NCBI GenBank assembly: GCA_964426875.1
Contig: CAYRSB010000002.1
Location: 56,155 to 120,154, forward strand
DNA length: 64,000 bases
Reading direction: 5' to 3'
Source: an uncultured Atribacterota bacterium
Lineage (GTDB): Bacteria; Atribacterota; Atribacteria; Atribacterales; Caldatribacteriaceae
A program made the translations under genes and the position numbers. Positions within the stretch are counted from its first letter, which is position 1. The number at the start of each line of letters is the position of its first letter. Below are positions 55,404 through 64,000 of this stretch, one piece after another. The notes under the pieces were generated by a model. That model did no database searches and had not been told where the DNA came from. It saw only the letters and a list, made by a program, of their open reading frames with translations.

Positions 55404-56141
55404 CTATTCTTGAGGACTTTTGAGTACCCAGATTTCAGTAGAAGAGGGGAGGTCTTCTTTTTTGAGAATGATAAGGCCTCCTTTAAGGATGGTTTTCCAC
55501 GCCTTTGCCCAGGAGAGGAACTCTTCGCACGATGCCAAGGGCCAGTTTTGGGTTATGGAGGTTCTGTAGTGCATGGGAATAATAACTCGGGGGCTCAAAA
55601 CCTCAATGAACTCCTTGGCTTCCTCCAGGGGAATGGTGTAGTTTCCGCCTACCGGCATGAAAAGGACGTCAACACCCCTGAGTCTCTCCATGACGTCTTC
55701 GCTTGGTGGTGCTCCTATGTCCCCAAGGTGTGCAAGATGGAGGTCCTCACCCTCGATGACCACGATACTGTTTTTTCCTCGCAGCTTTCCTTCCTCCTGG
55801 TCATGGTATGAAGGGAGGGCAAAAAGATGCACTCCCTGTATGGTACGGTCAAAGAGGTTCCACTCTTTTTCATTGCCCTTCGTGCCTAAAAGAACCTCAA
55901 CGGACTTTCCTAAAAAGTCCGGATTGTAGTGGTCGAAGTGTTCATGGGTACTCACGAGGATGTCGGCGTCAATGCGAGGGATCGGATATCCGGTGCGAGG
56001 AGAGAAAGGGTCGAGAACAAGGCGCAATCCATTTTCGAAGGTCAGAAGAAAAGCAGAGTGTCCCAGGTAACGAATCTCTAAGGCCTGCGCAGGAAAAGCG
56101 CAACACAGAGAGAACAATACCAAAAGAAGCACTTTTCTCAT
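55404..56141 (-). CDS. secreted MBL-fold metallo-hydrolase (UPF0173-like)
   Basis: Signal peptide MRKVLLLVLFSLCCAFPAQA. IRYLGHSAFLL...LVSTHEHFDHYN. Confidence 0.8.
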   Translation of the reverse strand: MRKVLLLVLFSLCCAFPAQALEIRYLGHSAFLLTFENGLRLVLDPFSPRTGYPIPRIDADILVSTHEHFDHYNPDFLGKSVEVLLGTKGNEKEWNLFDRTIQGVHLFALPSYHDQEEGKLRGKNSIVVIEGEDLHLAHLGDIGAPPSEDVMERLRGVDVLFMPVGGNYTIPLEEAKEFIEVLSPRVIIPMHYRTSITQNWPLASCEEFLSWAKAWKTILKGGLIILKKEDLPSSTEIWVLKSPQE

Positions 56142-56233
56142 GGCAATCCCTCCTTCTCTTCTATTATATCCTATAATATTCCTAACGAGGCGCAGGGTAT
56201 GAAGCGCCAGGACCTGAAGGAGGCACAGGACTT

Positions 56234-57550
56234 ATGAAGGCAAGGCTTGCCCCTCTGTACTTTTCTTCCGGGATGGATGAAGAGTATCGCACACAACTCG
56301 ATGTGGTCCGAGAGCTTTTGTCCGAGGAAGCAGAAATCCTTGACCCGGTTCCGGTGGGGAGTAGGATTGCTGATTGTGATGCCCTTCTTTTCCCCCAAGT
56401 CATCGGAGAAGCTTATCGGGCAGCCAAGGACTTAAGGGAAATGGGTTTCCCCGTCATTCTTGTGACCTCTCCCTTCGGTACAGTGAACATGTGGGACTGG
56501 GAGATTGCCACATACTTCAGAACCCAAGGCATTGAGGTTTTTACTCCGTGTTCCCTTGAATTGACCAAGGAGATACTGCGGGCTTTTGCTTTTCGTCGCA
56601 GGGCTCAAGGAGCAGTTTTTTTGGTTTTCCAAGACAATCCGGGGGAAGGAATGCAGGCGGAAATTTTCAAGCGTTTCTTCTGGTGGGAGGAAGAGTGCCG
56701 GAAGGGGATTGAGGAGAAAATCGGAATCAAAGTGGTGGTAAGGAGCTTTAAAGAACTTGCTCATCGGGCAAAAGGCATCCCTGACGAGGTGGCGAAAGAG
56801 GAGTGGTGGAACTGGGATCTCCCCACAGAGGGAGTTTCAGAAAGGTCCATCTTGAGTGCGGTGAAGATGTATCTTGTTCTGGCTTCCGAGCTCTCTAAGG
56901 AGGGAAACGTCCTGGGTATAGGGATAAATTGTCTCAATGAGTCCTTTTTTTCTGACACTACCCCGTGCCTTGCCTGGAATATGCTCTTTGAAAGGCATGA
57001 CATTCTCTGGGCTTGCGAAGCCGATATTCTCTCTCTTCTTACCGAATGCCTCATCTGGTACCCGTTGCGTGTCCCCTTTATGATGACCAATATTTACCCT
57101 TTTCTTATGGGTGACGCCGCTTTGAAACACGAACGCATTGAAAAATTTCCCGATGTTTCTGAGCCGGAGAATCACCTTCTTTTTGCCCACTGCGGGTATC
57201 TTGGGGTACTGCCCCGACCCTTTGCTACCTCATGGTGTGTCCGCCCCAAAATCTTGAGAATTGTGGATGAGAATGCTGTTGCTCTCGATGCCCGTCTTCC
57301 TGAAGGGCTGGTAACTATTGTGAAACTCCACCCCTTGCTTTCCAAAATTGTTGCTGTCCAGGGAAATCTCGAGGGATATGTTCAGTATCCTGGGTCGGAC
57401 TGCGAGAACGGGGCGGTGGTAAAGGTCCGGGATGGTTATAGACTCGTTGAGGCACTCTACTCCCACCATGTGTGCCTCGTGAGTGGGCAGAGAATCCCTT
57501 CCCTGCGGATGATTGCTCGGGTCTTTGGGCTTGAGCTTGAAGAGCTCTAA
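56234..57550 (+). CDS. putative sugar isomerase (L-fucose/L-arabinose isomerase-like fold), function unknown
   Basis: 438 aa. GIGINCLNESFFSDTTPCLAWNML....ILWACEADILS resembles the substrate-pocket region of FucI/AraA-like proteins. Assignment is tentative. Confidence 0.45.
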   Translation: MKARLAPLYFSSGMDEEYRTQLDVVRELLSEEAEILDPVPVGSRIADCDALLFPQVIGEAYRAAKDLREMGFPVILVTSPFGTVNMWDWEIATYFRTQGIEVFTPCSLELTKEILRAFAFRRRAQGAVFLVFQDNPGEGMQAEIFKRFFWWEEECRKGIEEKIGIKVVVRSFKELAHRAKGIPDEVAKEEWWNWDLPTEGVSERSILSAVKMYLVLASELSKEGNVLGIGINCLNESFFSDTTPCLAWNMLFERHDILWACEADILSLLTECLIWYPLRVPFMMTNIYPFLMGDAALKHERIEKFPDVSEPENHLLFAHCGYLGVLPRPFATSWCVRPKILRIVDENAVALDARLPEGLVTIVKLHPLLSKIVAVQGNLEGYVQYPGSDCENGAVVKVRDGYRLVEALYSHHVCLVSGQRIPSLRMIARVFGLELEEL

Positions 57551-57568
57551 GGGAACCTGGATGAGAAG

Positions 57569-58753
57569 ATGACGAAGGCTATCCAGTTTGGTGCGGGGAA
57601 TATCGGACGGGGGTTTATGGGGCAGCTCTTCTTTGAAGCAGGATACCATACGGTTTTTGTAGAAGCCCGGAAAAGTTTAGTAGAACTCCTCAATGAAAGA
57701 AAGTCCTACCCCCTTCGTCTCCTCGATGCCTACAAAAAATCCATCGTCAACCTCGAAATTCGGGATATCACGGCGCTTCATACGGACGAGTTGGAAGTCG
57801 TGGCTTTAGCCTTTTCTGAAGCAGAGGTTGCCGGAACTGCTGTGGGGATCCAAAATCTTCCCGCCCTTGGCCCCTGCATTGCCCTGGGGATCGAAAAGCG
57901 GAGAGAGAAAAATGCTTGTCCTATCAATATCTACCTCTGTGAAAACGCTTCAGGCGCTGATCATGTCCTGAAGGAAGCGGTTTCCAGGCATCTTGATGCT
58001 GCTCTCATAGGCTGGGCAGGGGAAAATGTAGGTTTCGTGCGAGTGAGTGTGGCCCGAATGGTGCCCTCCCCGGAGAGTTTTCCCAAAGAGGCAGATCCCC
58101 TCCTTGTCGTTGCTGATTCCTATCACAAATTTCCCTACGATGCTAAGGCGGTGAGAGGGAAAGCTCTTGAGGTTGTCGGTGTGCAACCGGTACAGAGCTT
58201 TGAGGCCGAACTTGCCCGAAAGCTCTACACCCATAACCTGGGACATGCCGCCCTGGGGTATCTGGGGTACCTTAGGGGATACACCTATGTCTATGAGGGT
58301 TTTGCAGATCCCTGGGTAAGCGAGATCTTCGAGAGAGCCCTTGACGAAACCACCAAAGCCCTTCTTTGCCGTTTTTCTGGAGACCTTGACCCTCAAGAGC
58401 ACGAAGAGATTCGGAAGGACATCCGTATTCGTTTTGGTAACCCCCTTCTCAAAGACACGGTCCACCGTGTCACCCGGGATCCCTTGCGCAAACTCGAGCC
58501 TCAGGAACGTCTTATAGGAAGTGCTAAACTCTGCCTTGAGGAAGGTATCTTTCCTGAAAACGTTGCTCTTGTTTGCGCTGCCGCACTCCTCTACGATTGG
58601 GAGGGCGATGAGGAGGCGAAAAAGCTCCAGAGGATGCTCCGGGAAGAAGGGCTGGCCTGCGTCCTTGAGAAGGTGTGCGGTATACCTTACAAAAGCCCTC
58701 TGGGCGAGGCCATCAAGAGGCACTATCTTGCGCTTCGTCGAAGGAAGGAGTGA
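57569..58753 (+). CDS. mannitol dehydrogenase family protein (mannitol-1-phosphate 5-dehydrogenase-like)
   Basis: KAIQFGAGNIGRGFMGQLFFEAGYHTVFVE matches the MtlD N-terminal Rossmann motif. 394 aa. Confidence 0.75.
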   Translation: MTKAIQFGAGNIGRGFMGQLFFEAGYHTVFVEARKSLVELLNERKSYPLRLLDAYKKSIVNLEIRDITALHTDELEVVALAFSEAEVAGTAVGIQNLPALGPCIALGIEKRREKNACPINIYLCENASGADHVLKEAVSRHLDAALIGWAGENVGFVRVSVARMVPSPESFPKEADPLLVVADSYHKFPYDAKAVRGKALEVVGVQPVQSFEAELARKLYTHNLGHAALGYLGYLRGYTYVYEGFADPWVSEIFERALDETTKALLCRFSGDLDPQEHEEIRKDIRIRFGNPLLKDTVHRVTRDPLRKLEPQERLIGSAKLCLEEGIFPENVALVCAAALLYDWEGDEEAKKLQRMLREEGLACVLEKVCGIPYKSPLGEAIKRHYLALRRRKE

Positions 58754-58758
58754 GGGAA

Positions 58759-59814
58759 ATGAAAGCGGCCGTTTTCTATGGTCTGGAAGATATACGGGTT
58801 GAGGAGCGCTCTCTCCCTGCCATCGGCGAGGGGGAGATTCTCCTTAAAGTTGAAGCCTGTGCCATATGTGGGACAGATGTGCGCATTTTCCACCATGGAC
58901 ACCGGGGCGTGAAGCCGCCTCAGGTCATTGGCCATGAGATTGCCGGGATAATCGTTGATAAGGGGAAGAAGGTAGAGGGACACGAGCTCGGAGAATGCGT
59001 GGTCGTTGACCCTATTGTTTCCTGTGGATACTGCTACTTTTGCCGGAGGAATCTCACCAATCTCTGTCTCACCTTCAAAGAGAGGACTGAAGCCTTTGGG
59101 TACTTCTATCCAGGGGGATTTGCTGAGTACATGGTAATTCCTGAGAAGGCAGTGCGTCGGGACAACCTCATTAAATTCTCCCAAACTCTCTCTTTTGAAG
59201 AAGCGGCAATCTCTGAGCCCATGGCCTGTGCCCTGAACGGGCAGATGCTTTCCCAGGTTAAGGTGGGAGAACGGGTTCTCATCATCGGTGCAGGACCGGT
59301 GGGATGCATGCACATAGGTTTGGCCCGAATCTTTGGAGCTACGAAAATCCTTGTTGCTGAAGTCCAGGAGGCGCGGCTTGAAGTTGCTCAGAAGTTCGGT
59401 GCCGACCGCTACATCAATCCTGCAAGGGAAGACCTCAAGGAAGCCGTCCTCTCTGAAACAGATGGCATAGGTCCTGACGTGGTCATCGTTGCTGCTTCCT
59501 CGAAGAAGGCTCAGGAAGAAGCACTTTCTCTTGCTGCTCCTCGAGCCCGGATAAACCTTTTTGGCGGCCTTCCTAAAGAGGACAGCGTCCTCGGAGTCGA
59601 TGGTAACAACGTACATTACAAAGAGCTTTTCATCCATGGGACTTCCGGTGCTGCGCCTTCCCATATCCGCATGTGCCTGGAACTCATGGCTTCAAGGAGA
59701 ATTGACGGGAGTGCCTATATCAGTAAGATTGTTTCCCTTGAGGAGTTACCGGAAATGCTTCGAGAAATCCAGAGGGGACCGTACCTCAAAGTAGTGGTGA
59801 AACCAGGGGCATAG
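58759..59814 (+). CDS. zinc-dependent alcohol/polyol dehydrogenase (sorbitol/threonine dehydrogenase-like MDR)
   Basis: MKAAVFYGLEDIRVEE...CAICGTDVRIFHHGH...GHEIAG...CGYCYFC...IIGAGPVG. ATG 58759 follows GGAAGGAG. Confidence 0.88.
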   Translation: MKAAVFYGLEDIRVEERSLPAIGEGEILLKVEACAICGTDVRIFHHGHRGVKPPQVIGHEIAGIIVDKGKKVEGHELGECVVVDPIVSCGYCYFCRRNLTNLCLTFKERTEAFGYFYPGGFAEYMVIPEKAVRRDNLIKFSQTLSFEEAAISEPMACALNGQMLSQVKVGERVLIIGAGPVGCMHIGLARIFGATKILVAEVQEARLEVAQKFGADRYINPAREDLKEAVLSETDGIGPDVVIVAASSKKAQEEALSLAAPRARINLFGGLPKEDSVLGVDGNNVHYKELFIHGTSGAAPSHIRMCLELMASRRIDGSAYISKIVSLEELPEMLREIQRGPYLKVVVKPGA

Positions 59815-59876
59815 AAAAACTTGCAAAACAGCCTCCCTTGGGGTACTCTTATGACACTTGTAGAGGGGGTGCAAAA

Positions 59877-60269
59877 ATGGGGGAGAGGCTCTATCGTTCC
59901 CGGAAAGAAAGAATTTTAGGAGGGGTTTGTGGGGGAATCGCCGAATACTTTGGTATCGACCCGGCCATTGTGCGTATCATTGCTGTGCTTCTCGTTCTTG
60001 TAGGAGGCGGGGCAATATTGGCATACATTGTAGCATGGATCATCATTCCTGGAGAACCAAGGGAGGAAGAGAGTACCGAGGACAGGAGTCAAGAACCCCG
60101 TAAGGAGCCAAACCGTCAGGTCTTAGCCTGGTTTTTGATAATTGTTGGGGCGTTATGGCTTTCCCAATTCATTGTTCCCCTCTGGACCCCCTTTGCCCCC
60201 TGGGTCCATAGAGCCTTTTTGCCCATCCTTGTTCTTGCGCTGGGTATTCTCCTCCTTGTGAAGCGTTAA
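59877..60269 (+). CDS. PspC-domain membrane protein
   Basis: MGERLYRSRKERILGGVCGGIAEYFGIDPAIVRIIAVLLVL. ATG 59877 follows AGAGGGGG. Confidence 0.85.
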   Translation: MGERLYRSRKERILGGVCGGIAEYFGIDPAIVRIIAVLLVLVGGGAILAYIVAWIIIPGEPREEESTEDRSQEPRKEPNRQVLAWFLIIVGALWLSQFIVPLWTPFAPWVHRAFLPILVLALGILLLVKR

Positions 60270-60301
60270 AGACCTTCTTTCTGGCAAGGGACTAAGAAAG
60301 C

Positions 60302-60310
60302 TGCTACAAT
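60302..60310 (+). promoter_or_regulatory. extended -10 promoter element (TGcTACAAT)
   Basis: TGCTACAAT lies 38 nt upstream of ATG 60349. It is the same 9-mer as at 50827. Confidence 0.45.
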
Positions 60311-60348
60311 ACGCGCGGGATAGGTGAGAAAAGTTGTTTCTGAGAATA

Positions 60349-61419
60349 ATGGATCGCTACGTTGCCCGAGAGAGTGCCTTAGGTATGTTCACCTGGGTGG
60401 GAGCAGTTACTATTGTTATGCTCGTCCAGACGCTCTTTGAGCTCATGGACTTTTTCGTGAATCAGAAGGTTCCCTTCCTCATTACTCTGGAAATCTTGCT
60501 CCTTTACATCCCCGCACAGATGGTAATGACCTTTCCGATTTCTGGACTTCTGGCGGCGGAACTCAACATGGGGAGACTCTGTCGGGACAGTGAGCTCATT
60601 GCCATCGAGGCGAGTGGAGTGAGTATACGGCGTTTCCTTTTGCCTTATATCCTCTTCGCTTTCCTTGTGGCCATAGGTTCATTCCTCCTTAATGACTTTG
60701 TGGTTCCTGAAACGAATCACAAGGCTCAGACCATGGTTCGTTATTACGTCTACAAAAAGGCTCCCCCCAAGATTCAGCAAAACGTCTTCTTTCGTGATGC
60801 GGAGAATAGATACTTTTATGTCAACGAACTCGATGCCACAACCTGGGAGATGAAGAACGTCATCATCTATGAACTTGGGAAAAATAGGCAATTTCCAGAC
60901 GTCATCCTCGCACAGCGAGCCCGTTGGGTAGAGGACCAATGGGTCCTTGAAGAGGGAGTGCTGCATCGCTATGGAGAAAATGGGTCTTTGGAAGAGGAGG
61001 TAGAATTTGCCTCGATGACAATCGACATGAAGGAAGAGTTGCGAGAATTCTTTGAAAAGCAACGCAGCCCTGAAGAGATGTCTTCCCGAGAACTCAAAAA
61101 GCAGATCGACATTCTCAGGCAGGCAGGGAGCGAAACTCAAAAATTCGAGGTGGCTTACCACTTCAAGTACTCCCTTCCCTTTTCTGCTGTGGTTTTTGTA
61201 CTCATGGGGATGCCCCTCGGGGTACAAAGGACAAGGGACACGAAGACTCTTGGAGTTATTGTCACCGTTATTCTTGCCTTCGTGTACTACATGCTCCTTT
61301 CCATATTCCGCTCCCTGGGTAGGGGAGACGTGCTCTCTCCTTGGCTTTCAGCCTGGATGCCGAATTTCCTCTTTGGAGGGCTGGGGGCCCTCCTCTTTGC
61401 TCTGGTGGACCGACGATGA
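60349..61419 (+). CDS. LptF/LptG-family (YjgP/YjgQ) LPS export permease
   Basis: MDRYVARESALGMF... with 6 TM segments and a large periplasmic loop. The ORF track begins at TTG 60334. Confidence 0.85.
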   Translation: MDRYVARESALGMFTWVGAVTIVMLVQTLFELMDFFVNQKVPFLITLEILLLYIPAQMVMTFPISGLLAAELNMGRLCRDSELIAIEASGVSIRRFLLPYILFAFLVAIGSFLLNDFVVPETNHKAQTMVRYYVYKKAPPKIQQNVFFRDAENRYFYVNELDATTWEMKNVIIYELGKNRQFPDVILAQRARWVEDQWVLEEGVLHRYGENGSLEEEVEFASMTIDMKEELREFFEKQRSPEEMSSRELKKQIDILRQAGSETQKFEVAYHFKYSLPFSAVVFVLMGMPLGVQRTRDTKTLGVIVTVILAFVYYMLLSIFRSLGRGDVLSPWLSAWMPNFLFGGLGALLFALVDRR

Positions 61420-62087
61420 AAGGAAGATTTTTGCTTCTGGCCATTTTTGTGCTTTTCGTCGGAAATGTCGTTTGGGCTCAGGGTCTCTTTGACGAGGCTT
61501 TGGTAGCTAAGGAGAAGGGCGAGGTGGAAAAGGCCTTAAGCCTTTTTGAAGAGTGTATACGACGAGGTGAACGGATACTCGATGCGTACTGGGAGGCGGG
61601 AAACTTACTCGTTGCGCAAGGAAGATACCGCAAAGCCTTCAGCATGTCCCAGGGGGCCATTCCGGCCTTTGAGGAATACCTCGAGAATCACCCCGAGGAC
61701 CATTTCAATTGGTTCCGTTTGGGTTACGTTTTTGAGTTGCGCAGCGCAAGTGGTGTGATTCGAGAGTGGGACAAAGCGAAGGAGTGTTTCACCAGAGCTT
61801 TAGAGCTTCAGCCAGAAAATTCTCTCTACCTTTTGCATTTGGGATATGTATTGTATAAGATGGGAGAGAGAGAAAAGGCAGTCTTGGTCCTCTCGAGAAT
61901 TTTGGAGAGATATCCCGGAGACCTTGAGACTCGTTACTGGCTTGCGGTAGTGTTTGAGGCACAGAGAGAGTACGAAAGGGCGAGAGAGGAGCTGCGCTTT
62001 ATTCTTGCTCATGCTCCGGAGGGTTTTGGGAGACTTAGGGAAGTTGAGGCGCTTCTGAGGAGAGTGGAAAGGAAGGTGGAGCAGTGA
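61416..62087 (+). CDS. secreted TPR-repeat protein
   Basis: ATG 61416 overlaps the lptF/G stop (ATGA). Signal peptide MKGRFLLLAIFVLFVGNVVWA, followed by TPR repeats. Confidence 0.75.
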   Translation: MKGRFLLLAIFVLFVGNVVWAQGLFDEALVAKEKGEVEKALSLFEECIRRGERILDAYWEAGNLLVAQGRYRKAFSMSQGAIPAFEEYLENHPEDHFNWFRLGYVFELRSASGVIREWDKAKECFTRALELQPENSLYLLHLGYVLYKMGEREKAVLVLSRILERYPGDLETRYWLAVVFEAQREYERAREELRFILAHAPEGFGRLREVEALLRRVERKVEQ

Positions 62088-63265
62088 AGCGAGCGCTTTT
62101 CTTTCTTTTTGGAGTTTTTGTAGCCCTGGGACTTTACGGATGCTTCCGAGTTGGAGGACAGGGTAGTGTAATCGGAGAGGTATGGAGCAGTACCGGACCC
62201 ATAGAGGGAGTACTTGTGGAGGGAGGAGGAAAGAGTACCCTTACCGATGCAAATGGGCGATTCCTTCTTGAAGGCGTTCCAAGTGGCAACTGTTACATTT
62301 TCTTTTCTCACCCTTCCTACACCGGTGCCGTGCTGAAGGTAGAGGTTGTCGATGGGGAAACAAGAAGCGTCAACGCCGAGGGAAGGGTTGTCCTTAAGGA
62401 GCGCAGCGATGAGAATTTCAAGGAGTATCTCTTTACCCTTTACGAGCTCGGTTTTTATGAACGAGTACTTGAGGGCGCAAAGGATTTTCTCTCTGCCTAT
62501 CCGACGAGCCCCCTTGCTGCCGGCGTAACCTTTCTTGGGGGAGCTTCGCTCTTTTACCTTGGTCGATATCGGGAAGCGATTGAATCTCTGGGAATGGTTG
62601 TGGGACAGTTTCCCGAGGACCCCTTTGCCGACGATGCCCAGTATCTTTTGGCTAAGTGCTTTGGCGAGGGGCTACGGGATTACAGTCGGGCAATTATAGA
62701 GTATCGGAGACTTGTTGAGACGTATCCGGATAGCGAGCTCGTGGGAAGTGCCTGGTATGAGATGGGGGATTGCCTGTATATCCTTGGCTCTTTTCCAGAT
62801 GCCTTCTTTGCTTACGAAAATGCCGTGAATTCTGGGGGGGAGGTGGCACCAAGGGCCCTCTATTCTGCAGCCCACTGCCTCTACCGCATGGAGTTTTACC
62901 ACCGGGCGGCGGCAAAGTTTTTGGAGTACGTAGCCCTGTATCCGGCAACCGATCTCTCCGACGATGCCCAGTATTTTGCCGGAGCATCGCTGTACAAGGC
63001 AGGGCGGTTTGCCGAAGCCTTACAAGCCTTTGATGACTGTGTGAGGCTCTACCCTCAAGGGACTTGGTACAACGGTATTCTCATCGCTCCGGCAGCTCTC
63101 TTCCACAAGGGACTTTGTCTTGAGAAACTCGGTCGATATTTGGAGGCCTACAACCTCTATCTTGAGATCATCCGGAAGTACCCCGGGGCGCAATGGGCCG
63201 ATGGATCTTCTCTCATTCAGAATGTCCAGTTCCGGATCGAGTGGCTCAAGAAATACGTCCTGTAG
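62084..63265 (+). CDS. lipoprotein with a carboxypeptidase-regulatory-like domain and YbgF-like TPR repeats
   Basis: Lipobox ALGLYGC. TDANGRFLLEGVPSG, and repeated ..A.Y.LA.C.Y..G.Y..A TPR units. GTG start overlaps the upstream stop. Confidence 0.7.
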   Translation: MKRALFFLFGVFVALGLYGCFRVGGQGSVIGEVWSSTGPIEGVLVEGGGKSTLTDANGRFLLEGVPSGNCYIFFSHPSYTGAVLKVEVVDGETRSVNAEGRVVLKERSDENFKEYLFTLYELGFYERVLEGAKDFLSAYPTSPLAAGVTFLGGASLFYLGRYREAIESLGMVVGQFPEDPFADDAQYLLAKCFGEGLRDYSRAIIEYRRLVETYPDSELVGSAWYEMGDCLYILGSFPDAFFAYENAVNSGGEVAPRALYSAAHCLYRMEFYHRAAAKFLEYVALYPATDLSDDAQYFAGASLYKAGRFAEALQAFDDCVRLYPQGTWYNGILIAPAALFHKGLCLEKLGRYLEAYNLYLEIIRKYPGAQWADGSSLIQNVQFRIEWLKKYVL

Positions 63266-63275
63266 AGACTGTACC

Positions 63276-63848
63276 ATGCGGGAACGGAGTGATAGGGAAA
63301 TCATCCAAGATGTCCTTAACGGCAACAAGGACCTCTTTGAAGTTCTCGTGGCAAGATACGAAAAATCCATCTTCAACTATATTTACGGTCTGGTGCGACA
63401 ACGCCAGGAGGCGGAGGACCTAACTCAGGAGGCCTTTGTCAAGGCCTTTTTTGCCTTGCAGACTTACAATTGCTCTTTTGAGTTTTCCACCTGGATGTAC
63501 CGTATTGCCCGGAATGTTTGCCTTGACTACTTCAGGCGACAGAAAATTCGCTCTTTTCTCTCCCTCAATGCTCCGGTGGGGGAGGAAGAAGGAGAATTTG
63601 GAGATTTTCTTGCAGATGGCAAGGACCCAGAAGAGGGGATCCTTAAGGGAGAACTTCTTGAGCGATTGTCAAAGGCGATCGGAGAACTTCCTCTTAAATT
63701 CCGAGAAGTTATCGTTCTTCACTATGTGGAGGAGTTGCCTTACGAAGAAATAGCTAAAATTCTCAATCTTCCCGTGGGCACGGTCAAGACGTACATTCAC
63801 CGAGCCAAAGGGAAGCTCAAAGAACTTTTGGGAGAGGAATTTTCCTGA
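63276..63848 (+). CDS. ECF-type RNA polymerase sigma-70 factor
   Basis: REIIQDVLNGNKDLFEVLVARYEKSIFNYIYGLV...EDLTQEAFVKAF (region 2) and LPLKFREVIVLHYVEELPYEEIAKILNLPVGTVKTYIHRAKGKL (region 4). Confidence 0.9.
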   Translation: MRERSDREIIQDVLNGNKDLFEVLVARYEKSIFNYIYGLVRQRQEAEDLTQEAFVKAFFALQTYNCSFEFSTWMYRIARNVCLDYFRRQKIRSFLSLNAPVGEEEGEFGDFLADGKDPEEGILKGELLERLSKAIGELPLKFREVIVLHYVEELPYEEIAKILNLPVGTVKTYIHRAKGKLKELLGEEFS

Positions 63849-63893
63849 AACTCAAGATGTGCCTCCTTCGTATGTATAGTTGGGTGGGTTAGA

Positions 63894-64000
63894 GTGGAGA
63901 AGGAAAAACTCGAAGTGTATCTTGAATGTTTGCCGCGGGTTGAACCCCGCTGTGAGCTTGCGCCTCTTGTCATGGCGCGCATCAGAGAGAGGGCAAAACC
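63894..64000 (+). CDS. possible anti-sigma factor, N-terminal part (runs off the window)
   Basis: GTG 63894 opens VEKEKLEVYLECLPRVEPRCELAPLVMARIRERAK, 45 nt after the sigma gene. Called on position and Cys-containing N-terminus only. Confidence 0.35.
   Translation, partial: MEKEKLEVYLECLPRVEPRCELAPLVMARIRERAK

Overview
The 64-kb window appears to come from a diderm, probably thermophilic, sugar-fermenting bacterium. This is an inference from Lpt, SPOR and TPR envelope genes and K/E-rich proteins. All identifications rest on motif recognition by eye; no searches were run. Most of the window is transport and carbohydrate metabolism:
- one Dpp/Opp-type ABC system (1-4463) plus a broken extra binding protein
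- two CUT1-type sugar ABC loci without ATPases (7.7-10.9 kb and 21.1-24.4 kb)
- one ribose/RhaS-LsrB-type ABC system (50.9-55.4 kb) followed by isomerase-like and dehydrogenase genes

Housekeeping blocks are hisBHAF-IE, rph-rdgB, ssb, lipB-lipA, an amidase/GerM pair and an envelope/ECF-sigma cluster.

The accessory part (about 5-32 kb) is visibly decaying. It holds three transposase remnants (two rve-type, one IS110-like), an araD pseudogene with in-frame stops cut off by an inserted restriction-like module, and a LacI stub. The module is a truncated methyltransferase plus a PUA/EVE-like, PD-(D/E)xK and zinc-ribbon reading frame broken only at G-runs. The region also has several homopolymer-associated frameshifts (two binding proteins, and a PAS and LuxR pair).

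The most interesting items are:
- the restriction-like module
- a well-supported c-di-GMP-I (GEMM-I) riboswitch ahead of a C39-like peptidase/lipoprotein pair, 3 kb from a CHASE4-PAS-GGDEF protein with a degenerate HD-GYP domain
- a sugar ABC operon carrying two uroporphyrinogen-decarboxylase-fold paralogues of unknown role

No rRNA, tRNA or CRISPR array was seen.
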